Part shown: positions 25,701 through 36,826 of the stretch, one piece after another
Layout of the letters: each line of letters starts with the position of its first letter
Numbering within the stretch: position 1 is the stretch's first letter
Assembly: GCA_002104905.1 (NCBI GenBank)
Contig: MCFE01000230.1
Span: 1 to 64,000 of the forward strand
Length of the DNA: 64,000 nucleotides
Direction of reading: 5' to 3'
Source: Basidiobolus meristosporus CBS 931.73
Lineage: Eukaryota > Fungi > Basidiobolomycota
Notes under the pieces: generated by a model
What the model was told of the DNA's origin: nothing
Databases searched by the model: none
The model's input: only the letters and a program-made list of their open reading frames with translations
Made by a program: the position numbers and the translations under genes

Positions 25701-26530
25701 CTCTCAGCAATAGTTGGACTGCATGAGCTGCTTTAAGCTGAGTATCACTGTAATATATCTGGAGTGCTTTTCTGATGTGGATGCCATACAACTGTTAACA
25801 AATGCTGGTATCAGTACAGTCTCTGGGTCATATGTTACCAGCTGCGTAATGATTGTCCATTTGTACCATGTAAAAGGTAGGTTGCATCCTGGAATAATTT
25901 TGGCAAGAAGTTGTAATGAATCCTCAAAGCCCCCATTACTTATATTTGTGGAAACACGCCATAGATCTAGCCATAACAACACATTATTCACCAGCAGATG
26001 TATCACTGGGTTCACTTGGCTTCATAAATTATCCTTGGCATTTTTTCTATGGATCTTGTCCCATTGCATGTTGAGATTCTGCTAGGATCATGCTGAGTAC
26101 TGTTATTAGGGGAGAGAGGCTGAAAATCCTTCAGTGAACCTTCTTCTTCAGTGCTATCACTCAGCATGCCATACCTGGAAGGCAGTGGTGAGCCTAGAGG
26201 CATAGCAAGCTCACGTCATTTAGTTTGTGCAAGGTGGCAAATACAGCTAGGAGCCATTATAGAAGTATTAAGTGGCCACCAAAATATTGCTTGTACAATA
26301 GTGACTGATGAATGGTCAAATATAAATTGTGTAGCAAAACACTGGCTGTGATTCTTGTAGAACTTTCTGTGCTGTCTGTGTGCTTCATGGCTGAGAGGCT
26401 TGCCACAATAACAACATGATCTTTTTTCTCTTCTCTCAAGGTGCTGAATCAACATAGTATCCTCCATTGGGGATACAGCTTGACACTTGACAACATAGCA
26501 CTACTGTTGCTCATAGATATTTTGTGATGA
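22800..26530 (-). mobile_element. CACTA/EnSpm-like transposase copy (decayed) with downstream region, split by an LTR at 24226-24920
   Basis: CCYCGKPLSHEAHRQH (26216-26467), IIPGCNLP..WYKW (25704-26015), SWEFPMEQVCREIGRQVK (23959-24156). Aligns with 41175-43500 and 45660-46920. Confidence 0.75.
24226..24920. mobile_element. Internally deleted copy of the long LTR-like element at 6019-7141 (inverted)
   Basis: Matches the reverse complement of 7141-6900 and then 6550-6110. No TSD; host sequence is deleted at the junction. Confidence 0.65.
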
Positions 26531-26747
26531 GATCACAACTCAGACTCAACGTAATTTTATCAGAAATATGTAATGAGTAGTACAAGCTGAAAGTTAGTTA
26601 TTTCTGATAATATGCAATCCTTAACATATATATGAGAATATACTAGTCCAATAGGTTAGATGGTTGTTTGCAGGTGTGATTTCAGCCAGAAAATACACAA
26701 CACCACATTGTGTTCATAAGTATAGGAATATATTATGTGAGCTGGTG

Positions 26748-27096
26748 TATTAAAATAGTTAGGAGTCCACCTGATTATTAATATACTACAAGCAAGCACT
26801 TAGTTGAATGATGTATTTCTGAATAAGAACTTAAAAATTTGCTTGTAAGATATTTACTGATTATTAGGTATCAGTGAAGTACAGATTGCAGGAAAATTTG
26901 AAACTTGAGCACATGAGCTGAAACTTGGCACATGTACTCCTGATATTCCCCTAGCATTAACCAAATAGTTACACTTACATAGTTCTGCAATAAGTATAAA
27001 TACTGTGCTGCAACTCAATAAATCAACAGGTGAAATACTTGTAAGTCTTCTGAATTTGCCATTTCACTTCCAGCATTTCTCTTCAATACCTCAATA
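26748..27096 (+). mobile_element. Degenerate LTR of the third copia-type family
   Basis: Aligns with the reverse complement of 11380-11725. Contains TATAAATA and AATAAA. No TSD recognised. Confidence 0.7.
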
Positions 27097-27105
27097 CTCC
27101 GCCAT

Positions 27106-27458
27106 TGTAACAAGTCTTAATATAAGAGTTGTAGAGAAAAAGGGAGATCAGCTAGTATTGAATTCACTAAAACTTGAACTGATTTTGATTGAAGTTCTAG
27201 TAGCTCCTTATGTACATTTTGCCTGATCAGTTGCTTACCATTTGTATTTCCTGATGTAAAATGTTGCTAATGACTCATTTAATTGCATCATCATTGCCCA
27301 GTTACATTGAAACTGATAAATCATTTATGTCTGGTATGGATCTGCTAATTCATCTGCTGACTAACACTACTGATTTGATTTACAATATTGACATACTGCT
27401 TAAATAAGCATAAAACTAATTGATTTGACCAAGAACTGCACTAACTTGAGCATTCACA
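27106..27458 (-). mobile_element. Nearly complete LTR-Y
   Basis: Starts TGTAACAAGTC and aligns with 16644-17000. The far end is cut by a copia fragment. Confidence 0.75.
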
Positions 27459-27459
27459 T

Positions 27460-28295
27460 GGCATATCATATTACTGCCACAAATATTCTTAGATGTTCTG
27501 CACATGGTCTGTATCCATACCATGCTTTGAATGGAGTGGAACCACAATGTATCATGTAGTAACTCCTATTTTTATGATATACGGCAGTGGCAACTGATTC
27601 CGCCCAAAAATGATAGGATAATTTTTGACCATGGATCATAGATCTTGCCATATCAATTATTGATCTGTTAGCTTGTTCTGCTACTCCATTTTGCTGTGGG
27701 GAGTATGGTACAGTAGTCTCTTGCTTTATCCCATGAATTTTGCAGAAGTGGATGAAGAGTTTGGAGGTATATTCTCCACCATTGTCAGAGTGTATTTCTT
27801 GATTTATTCACCGGTTTCTCTCTCCATCATGGCTTCAAACTCCCTGAAGTTAGACAGAGCTTCTTCCTTTCTCTCCATGAAGTAGACCCATGTGTATCTT
27901 GTAAAATCACCAATAAAGGTGACCAAACACTTCATCCTGCCAAAGGATAAGTTTTGTATAGGTCCACACAGATCTGAGTGAACTAGATCTAAGTTTTCTT
28001 AGTTTTGATTAGCCCAGAGCTCTTGAACAGTTGACTGGCTTGTTTTCCATATATGCAGGCTTCAAAGTGCTCCAAATTAGCTGGGGGATAAATATTTACT
28101 CCAGAAATTAGCTGATCTTTGATCATTTTGCGCAAATAAACAAAGTTGATGTGCCCAAATCTCCTGTGCCAAAGCATTGCTGTTTCTTCATTTGAGTTAC
28201 ATAAGTTGGCTTCCAAATATGATGGAATACAAGTCAACTTTTATAGATTCTGATCTCTGATACCCAAAGCAATATGGGCACCATTTGATCAATGA
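27460..28295 (-). mobile_element. Copia family 1 integrase fragment
   Basis: LWHRRFGHINF...EACIYGKQA (27989-28237) and FWAESVATAVY (27466-27651). Closely similar to 37970-38790. Confidence 0.88.
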
Positions 28296-28309
28296 TCACA
28301 CAAAAGAAG

Positions 28310-31300
28310 AAGTCTCCCTCAAGATATCAGAAAATCAAGAATGGAAGAGTGGTATCCAGCAAATTGTTGCCCAACAGCAACAATACCCCAGATCCTCAGC
28401 CAGCAGCAACATGGAATGACTGCCATGGCCCAGAGCCTACAAACCCTTGTTAAGAGGAACTTAAGTGTGAAGGTCAACCAGTACCTTGGAAGAGTTAATA
28501 AACACCTGGGAACTTGACTCTTTCAAACTGAAGAAACTTTGAAGGCTAAAGGAATTGCCCTAGAAAGCAAGTTGCATTATGCAGCTTATGATTTGCAGAT
28601 GCTGCCATACAGTGGTATTACAACAGGATCAGGCCAGCTACTGTGATGGGATGCTCTGCAATCTCTACCTGGGATATGTTGCATTAGGAATCCAGGATGC
28701 TTTTGAGCCCCCACACCAGCAAATACTACCAAGAAGGAAGCTGAAGATACTTAGACAGAAAGGAATAGCTCAAGAGTACATCTATAAATAATGATGTACC
28801 TGGACAAATTGAAAGAATGGACCCCTGGATCAAGTCAAATACTTTATTGATAGGATGAAAAAGAGAACTTTTAAGCAAGGGAATTATCAAAGACCTCAGA
28901 CTATTGAAGAAGCCTTTAAGATTGCTCTAGATTATGACTCAACTATGTTTGGAGTTGGGAAGCCCACAATGCTTAATCAGAGAGGCTACAATCACTATGA
29001 GGGAAGACAATCATTAGCAGTGCCAATGGAAATAGACACTATGCAGAACAATCTCACCTCAGAATAATGCAAGAAGAAAAGACTTTGCTTTAATTACTAC
29101 AAGCAAGGACATGTTACAATGTATTGCCCCCAGAGAAGGAATGGACACCAGTCATCAAGAACCTTCAGCCGTATTGAAGCCCTTGAAAATAGCAACATGG
29201 AGGATGGGCTTGAAGAAGACTCAGAACTCACCTTTGATATGACAAAAGAATATCTACGCCAAACAACCTCAAACTTTGGAAAGCTATTATACTTGAATAG
29301 AGTAATCAATGAAGTACCTGCCAGGATCACAATTGACACAGGAGCATTGCATGAGTAGATGTCAGAGCAACTTGCTTTGAAAGCTGGAGTGAGCTCAGAA
29401 CCTACCAAATCAATTTATCTCTCAGCAGCAGATGGGGACTTTGACATATTCAACATATTATACAGCCAGTAAGCATGAAGTTCAATAACTGCAAGTAAGA
29501 CCTAGAGGCCTACATATTTGCATACTGTAAATTTGACTTGGTACTTGAAAAGGCATGGTTATTTATCCCTAATCCATCAATCAATTGTAGAGCCCATGCT
29601 ACTCAGATATTGAAAGGTAATCAGACCTATTAACTGCTACCCACTAGACTAGATTTGAACTTGGTCAGCTCCTGTCTGTTGAAACACTGAGCTTAGCAAG
29701 ACATAGTTCTATAGGGTACAGAGGAAAGGTACACAGATGTTTCTCATGGTAACAATACCGGATGATTCCCCTACTCCAGCTCCACAGAGAGTGCTAACTA
29801 TGCTGTAGTATTATTCCAATGTGTTTCCAGTAGTACTTGTAAACCTACCATTAGTCATAGATATGGCTCATATCATTAACATGGGAGATAACCTCTCTGT
29901 GAACAAGACACCTGACAAGATGAGTCCATTGGAGTTGGAAGAGATGAAGAGATAAACTGATCAACTTTTCAAGTAAAGATACAGCAGGCCCAACAAGTTA
30001 CCTTAGGAAGCACCAGTGCTTTTTTTGAAAAAGAATCATGGAACACTTTATATGTGCATTGACTACAGAGCCCTTGACTGAGTTACTGTGAAGAATAAGT
30101 ACCCATGCCTTGAATTAATGAGCTTTTGGACCAACTCAATAGAACCACAATATTTGGCTAGATTTTCCTCATGTCAGGAGAAAATAAGAAAAGGTTAAAA
30201 CCACAAAATATACCTAAGAGAGCATTCAAGACCAGCTATTGACACTATTAGTACTTGGCCATGAGGTTTGTCCTCACCAATGCCCCTACAGCATTCATGA
30301 TCTTAATGCAAACCATTTTCCAGGAGTACCTAAAAATGTGTGTAGTAATCTACCCACATAACATATTGATATATGGCATGACAAAACAGGACCACTTGGC
30401 ATACACTGAGAAGTCCTTCAAGAAGCTAAGAGAGAACAAGCTACATGGCAAGCTAGCAAAGTGTAAGCTTCTCAGGGACATATTAAGCATTTAGGACACA
30501 TAGTGACCAGCACAAGAGTGACCTTGGACCCCAAGAAAGTGGAACTTATCACAAGTTTAAAGTAGTTGATAGCATCCAGAGCTTTGGTTATAACTAGGAG
30601 TGGTTTCCTGGTATTGCTGATTTGTCTAAATCTCTGCAAGTACTGCAGCCCCTTTGACAGACATCCACAAGAAAAACAGCACCTTTAAGTGGGACATAGC
30701 CTGTGGAACTGCATTTCAGATGCTGAAGATTGAACTTGCCAAGCCACCATGCTTAAGATTTCCTGACTTCCAAAAAAACTTTACTCTTGGCACAGATGCT
30801 TCAGATTATGCAATTGGTGGAGTGCTGAACAATGATTATGAAGGGATTAAGTACCTGGTTGCTTTTGAGCCCAAGAAACTGAACTCAGCAGAATAAAACT
30901 ATCCAGTGCATCAGAGAGAGATGCATGTCATAATACACCACCTGAAAGGGGTAGAGATGATACATTGCAGGAGTCAAGTGCACTGTGAAGACTGATCATA
31001 CCTTACTCTAGTATTTATTAGCTCAGAAAGCAATATCCAGGAGAATGACATGATGGGGTGAATACACTCAGCAATTTGACCTGGAGTTTGTCTACTGCCT
31101 TGAGAAAAGTAACACAATTGCTGACACCCTATCAAGACAAGAGCAAGATGCACAACTTAACCTGGTGCATAGCTCATATTGGCCCAGCCTATTACTACAG
31201 GATTTGGAAGAACAAGCCATTCCTATTGAGGTAGATGAAGGTATCAAGAAGATTATACAGTATGAAGTCAGCTAATTTGTAGTACAGGATGAAACACTCT

Positions 31301-32702
31301 ACTCTATTTTTGATGGACACCCTAATGTCTATGTTGAAATATTGAACTATTGAACTATTTGGCATCATTCAGCAGCCAAAAATTTACTTGACATTTTTGG
31401 GCTAGTCTTGGTCACTGTGGGACCAAATTACAGCCCTAACTTGGCAACTTTCCTTGGATCTATGAACCTATGATTATTCCCCTATAATCAAGATCAAATT
31501 AGCACTCTTACCAAACATTATGTACCAATCCTGAAACTCTTACAGAATGCTCCTGAATGATTGAGAAACTCTCCTTACTTGGTGTTACAGTTGTACTACA
31601 TGTATAAAGGTACAAATACTACGCTTCTTCATAAATAAACAGCAGCTCAGCTATTATCCCTATTTCTTGATCAGTTCCTCATATCCAAATTCACTTCTCA
31701 TATTGCATCAGCCTATTGGCACTATGTTGCTTGCCTGGATTTAACACACAAGTTACACAGTGGATATGGACATCTTGATATTGACAGTACCTATTGCTAG
31801 GTAAAAGCCAGTGCTGGTGGCCCATAATCAAATAAGATATTGGAAAGCTAGTGAAACATTCCCATGTTGCCAAATTAACCAAGTTCAACAGCAGAGAATT
31901 GCTGAGCACTTTCCCTTGGAGCCTGTAAGACAATTGGAGAGCTGGCATTAGCCTTGTTGGAAGACTGCCCCCTTTGTTCAAATGTAATTGGTGATTTCTA
32001 GAGACAAATAAGTATGCCACCAAATAGCTGATGGCTAGAGCTGTACCAGTAGGAAGTGAACAAGAAAGTGCAAGCATCATCCACCATGAGATTCTGATTG
32101 AATTTGGATGCCCTGTAGAAATTCTATTCAATACAGGAGCAAACTTTATGATAAAGACAACAGGAGCTCAACAGGAAATGCAGCAATTCCTACATCTAAA
32201 AACTTTGGCATAATCCCTATAATAATGAAATCCTGGAGTGATTTAATAGACTATTTGGAGCAATGCTCACCTAGTATGCAAATGGAGCTGTTGGTAGGTG
32301 GGACAACAATACTGACCAATAATCAACTTCTTGCAGAGTTAGGGCATACAAAACTACCTAAAAACTGCCATTTAACATGGTGTATGGTTGTGAATCAAGG
32401 ATTCCAGGAGATCTCACAAAGCCAAAACTCACTGACTACTTGTAGGTTTACCTCAGTTAGTCTAGTAGAAATCAATAATTGAAACAAACATGTCAGGAGG
32501 AACAGGCCATAAAGTACAAAGTGCAGAAAGGATGAAGCAGATATTTGATGAGACTGTATCACCAGAGGATTTGGCAGTAGGGCACTTGGTATTACTAAGA
32601 AACACTGCTTAGAAGAAGTTAGAGCCACAATGCACAGGGTCACTCAACATTATTAGAGAAAGTCCATTTGCAACTCACAAACTAGTAGACAAGCAAGGGA
32701 AT
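28310..32702 (+). mobile_element. Decayed Ty3/gypsy element B (gag, protease, RT, RNase H, integrase); LTRs absent
   Basis: Gag 28330-29100; ITIDTGA protease motif (about 29330); RT motifs FVLTNAP...VIYPHNILIY (30255-30494); GTDASDYAIGGVL (30654-30896); integrase 31720-32690. The order PR-RT-RH-IN is gypsy-type. Confidence 0.88.
31332..31710 (+). mobile_element. Solo LTR of copia family 2 inside gypsy B
   Basis: Reverse complement of 16232-16600, plus an 8-bp internal duplication. TSD GTCTA/GCCTA. Confidence 0.88.
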
Positions 32703-32885
32703 AGACTTGTTCTGTTGGATAGTGCCACATAGTGCCAGCCTGTTTTTGGTGCCGGATCAATCTGGCACTCTACGGCACTATCTGGCACTATAATTTCTAC
32801 CATGATGCCAGTGGTATGATACAGTTACTGGTAATTTTACTCAATCTTACTTATATTGCTCAGAATAGTGCTTTCCTTGCTTTAT

Positions 32886-33770
32886 TTACTCTTCATAATA
32901 CTCCAGACACATTCCGCCCAGTGGATGTCTTCTTGTATGAACATACTGTGCATTAATAAATATCTTAACTATTTTACCTATTCTGCTGTTTTCACCTATA
33001 TATGACTTTTCTCTGTATTTACCTGCCAATATTCTGAATCTCTTCAGATATCCAAATGTGTGCTCTACCCTTACTCTGAAATGATTAAATATCTCATTGT
33101 AGAGCTTCTGCTTCCTGCTAAGCACACCATTCCTTGGCTTCCTATAAGCTGTAATACATCCTAATCTCTGACAATCCTCTCCTATATAGGCTAAGTCTGC
33201 CATATATTTCTCCCCTCTACTGAATTCAGGATGATTCTCTACCCAGGGTGCTTTGTCATGCCTACTTCCAGCAAATGGCCCACTAAACCAGATGATGTTA
33301 CCATCAATGTCAGACAGTGCTTGAAACTTCACACAGTGTGCCTTGTACTTGCCAGAATAAAAGTGCCTCTGCCCTCTAGAAGGTTTATTGATCCTCACTG
33401 GGAAGGTATCCAAAATACTCCTGATATGGGACCTGTTGCTGAACACTCTGGGATATGGAAGTCTACTGGAGCTTCTGAACCTAGTATTCCAAGCTTGCTC
33501 TAAGTCATTCATATTCTCTGCAAAGTGGTTCTCCATTGCTGTCAGCTAGGAATGCAAGCTTCTAGGACTTTTGTTGCCATGGATGGTGGGATGAAACCTT
33601 GTAGGGCAATAGTTCTTGTAATAGCAGAGAAGCTTAACAAGGGATCTCCTTGAGTAGATTGGGGTTGATGGTCCACAGTACTTGGAATAGATCTCCTCTA
33701 GTGTGTCAAAAGGAAATCCAGTGGTAGTGATGTGATTGATGAAAAAAGACCATTCAGATGAGTAAGTCAT
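32886..33770 (-). pseudogene. DDE_Tnp_4 (PIF/Harbinger/IS5-like) transposase, 294 codons with one nonsense mutation
   Basis: ORFs 33546-33770 and 32886-33536 are in frame and separated only by TAG at 33546-33548 (CAG in the copy near 19310). Motifs ILDTFPVRINKP, YSGKYKAH, GSRHD, MADLAYIG and RVRVEHTFGYLKRFRIL give the D-D-E triad. Confidence 0.9.
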
Positions 33771-34129
33771 ATTAAAATTGATGGATGATTGTATGGAGGC
33801 AGTTTGAATTGATTTGGCGCAATCTGCGTTATTTATCTGATTTTTAATACATTATGGTTAAATCTCCATCAATTGCCATGTATCCCATTGTTATGTTGCA
33901 AAAACCATACGCAAACAATGCCTTGGTACTTTTATTGATGTTTTAATTATAGGTCTATTATCAAATAGGAAATCTGAAATTGATGAGATCTGATCTGTGT
34001 CAATGCAATCCAAGATGCATCATGCATAATATATGGAAAATTCAACAATCACATTAGTTTTCATATATATTTCATATAAGACCAGGTTGATGCCCATATA
34101 CTGCTGTATAAGTATCCAAATCTGTTGCT

Positions 34130-35050
34130 ATGGTCCCCATACCAAGCCTCAACTCATCTTTAGTACAACCCAGACAAAACCCATCCCCCAGCTCACAAGC
34201 ACGGTCCGGACCGGAAAAGTCAATGTCGGATCCGTTCAAGTTCTTGCCAAATGATTTTAGTATGGCCCAAGTGTCTGTGATGAGCCTTCATACAGATATT
34301 TGGGCACTATTGATTAATCTAGCAGAACTAGGTACCTCAGAGAGTCAACAAAGATAGAAGAACTTGAGTAGAAAGCTGTGGCATGAGTTCTACATCAAGA
34401 TGCCAGCCAATGTATGTAAAAAGATATATAACAAGACAAGTATTGAAATCAAGAATGAGCTGAGAGTGAAGGGATTTGACAAAGAAGCCACGCAAGAACA
34501 ATTTCACGCAAAATTTGCACAGTACAGGCTGGACGCATCCATTTGTGCCTCAACTCTGGGAACCAAAGAGATTCTGAATGAGTTTTTGCCTCAAATGACT
34601 AATGTACTATGTGATATATTAGTAGAGCTAAGTGGCTTCTGAGAGCAATATACACAGGACTCATCCAGATTGTGCCAGCACACCTTGCTGGATTCCCTAC
34701 CATATCTTGCAACCACAGCACGCTGGCGCACGTCAGTCCAGACCACGCCAACACCCTTTACCAGAATGCCCCGCATCAAGTCAACGCGCATTAAGTCAAC
34801 GTGTGCGCTTCAGAGCAAAACTATGAGAACTTGCCAAACTGCTCATTTAGACACAAGTCCATTGGAGTGGACCAAGTTGCGTCAACATGCAGCATCACAT
34901 TGAACTCAGCCAAGGGCCATCTCAACATGTCAAGGCGTGCCTATGCGTGCCGTTTTGCCTGACCATCAGCAAGTTACTTCTGGTGAACTGGCTGATGCTC
35001 AGCTCTGGCAGTTCCAGATGCAGGATCACTTGCAAAAACAGTACCCATAT
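34130..35050 (+). pseudogene. Second ORF of the Harbinger-like element, about 305 codons, unknown function
   Basis: Track ORFs 34130-34357, 34364-34642 and 34670-34903 are one frame, broken by TAG 34355, TGA 34640 and TGA 34901, and open again to about 35050. The sister copy appears to have TAC and CAG at the first two stops. Confidence 0.6.
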
Positions 35051-36464
35051 TGATGAAGTGTTTACTCACCTTTATTGATCATATTTTAAGATACATGGAG
35101 AGAACAGATGAATTTCTGTCTAAGATCACAGAGCTTAAAGTCATGGTAGAGAGAGAAATTGGTGGAAAAATCAGGAAAATTGGCTCTTAGAATGGAGGAG
35201 AATATACCCCATAGCTCTTCATTCACTTCTGCAAGACTCTTTGGATGAACAAGACACTACTGTACTATGAGCTCTTCAGCAATATGGAGTAGCAGAAAGT
35301 GCAGACTGATCAATAACTGACATGGCAAGATCTATGCTCCATAATCAAAGCCTATCCTATGATTTTTAGGCAGAATCAGCTGCCACAGCTGTATATCTTA
35401 GAAATAGGAGTTAATACAGAATATCTTGTAATTAACTCTATTTGAAGCATGGCATCAGTACAGACCAAATGCAGAGCATCTAAGAATATTTGGATGTACA
35501 GCAAAAGCCAAGCAGCTGCTTGGAAATCAGTCAAAATTCTAGGGGGGGACTCTACTACCATGATTTAGCCTAAATCAGCTCCTAGTAATATCCTGGATGT
35601 GATCATTCCAGTATTACAAGCCAGAAGATCTACTTAGACCAGAAACAGCCACAAGACTATATTGACGGAGGTGCTTACTTGGCTTATGCCAATTCAGTCA
35701 ATATTGCTGAGCCTTGGACTGTAAAAGAGGCCTTAAATAGCCCTCATGCAGAGTTTTGGTGATCTGCAATCATTGAAAAGTATCAGGCCCTGATGGAATT
35801 TCAAAATTGGGACTTGGTCAAATTATCATTCAGTCAAAAATCAATTGGATGCAGATGGGTTTTCATAATAAAATAAAGGCTGAGGGTACAGTTGAAAGTT
35901 ACAAAGTAAGACTTTTGATCAAAGGCTACTCTCAAATAAAAAGGCTTTATTATACTGAGACTTTTGCACTGGTAGCTAAGCATAATTCCATCAGGTTAAT
36001 ATTGGCTAATGTAGTCAAATATAAGTTGTTCATACATCAAATGAATGTAAAAGCTGTATTTTGCATTGGGGCAACTTAATGAGGATGTGTATATAGACCA
36101 GCCTGTTGGGCTTGCTTGCCTAGTTAATCTCCATTAGACCTGCAAGATTAAAAAATCTCTATATGGTCTCAAACAATATCCAAGAGCCAGGTTTTGCAAG
36201 ACAGATTTGTATTTGGAATCTTTGATTCTACAAAGGAATACTACTGACTATGACATATACTATTGGTCAGATAGAGCAAATCCAGCTCTACCAGCTATAC
36301 GTGGATGATTGTATTACAGCTGTCAACAACCTAGAACCACTAGAAGAAACAAATCTAGCCTATATAAGGAGTTCAAGAGTTCTGATCTTGGAGAACTCAG
36401 TTACTACTTAGGGATAAAGTTCTCCATTGATAGCAGTACCCAGACTCTCACTTGGAGTCAATAC
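35050..36464 (+). mobile_element. Old copia family-1-like integrase-RT fragment; host of the element at 36465 (resumes at 41149-41175)
   Basis: Degenerate integrase and RT (35807-36079). Removing the nested element restores QTLTWSQYKYTWDIL, equivalent to QTITLSQSKYIQDIL. Confidence 0.85.
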
Positions 36465-36813
36465 TGTTGTGAAAATTCTTATTTCCACCTAAATATTCAC
36501 CTAACTTAGTCACTTAGATCATCACCTTCAAATCCTAGGGAATACTGACTAAATTCCTTGTCGGGATTTACTTAGAATATTTTCACCAAAATGCCAGGTA
36601 CCCAGAATATGAAAATTCTCAAAGTTGTCCAAACAGCCCCAAACTTTGCACACATGTTCTTGGGACCTTTCTTAACCTATTCTACGTGTTTGTAATGCCA
36701 AGACCAAGTAAAAGTATAAATACTACTTTTACATTCAATAAATCATTAAGTGAAAACCACATAATCTACTTGTTCTCCCAATCACTTCCAATATCTCTAA
36801 GACTCTTACAACA

Positions 36814-36826
36814 GGTTATGAGCCCC
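36814..36826 (+). promoter_or_regulatory. Primer-binding site of the half-tRNA(iMet) type (GGTTATGAGCCCC)
   Basis: Directly follows the LTR CA. The same motif is at 16219-16231 (-), 53194-53206 (-) and 53617-53629 (+). It resembles the Ty5/Drosophila copia (Hemivirus) PBS as I recall it. Confidence 0.8.

Larger units (their letters stand above)
32703..35050. mobile_element. PIF/Harbinger-superfamily (PHIS) element, best-preserved copy; right end missing
   Basis: Left TIR AGACTTGTTCTGTTGGATAGTGCCACAT is identical to the MITE termini and is preceded by host AAT. Subterminal TAGTGCCA/TGGCACTA repeats. Two divergent ORFs. Truncated by a copia fragment at about 35050. Confidence 0.85.

Noticed and set aside
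26540-26745. Unassigned AT-rich segment
   Set aside because: No ORF, repeat or homologue within the window that I could support.
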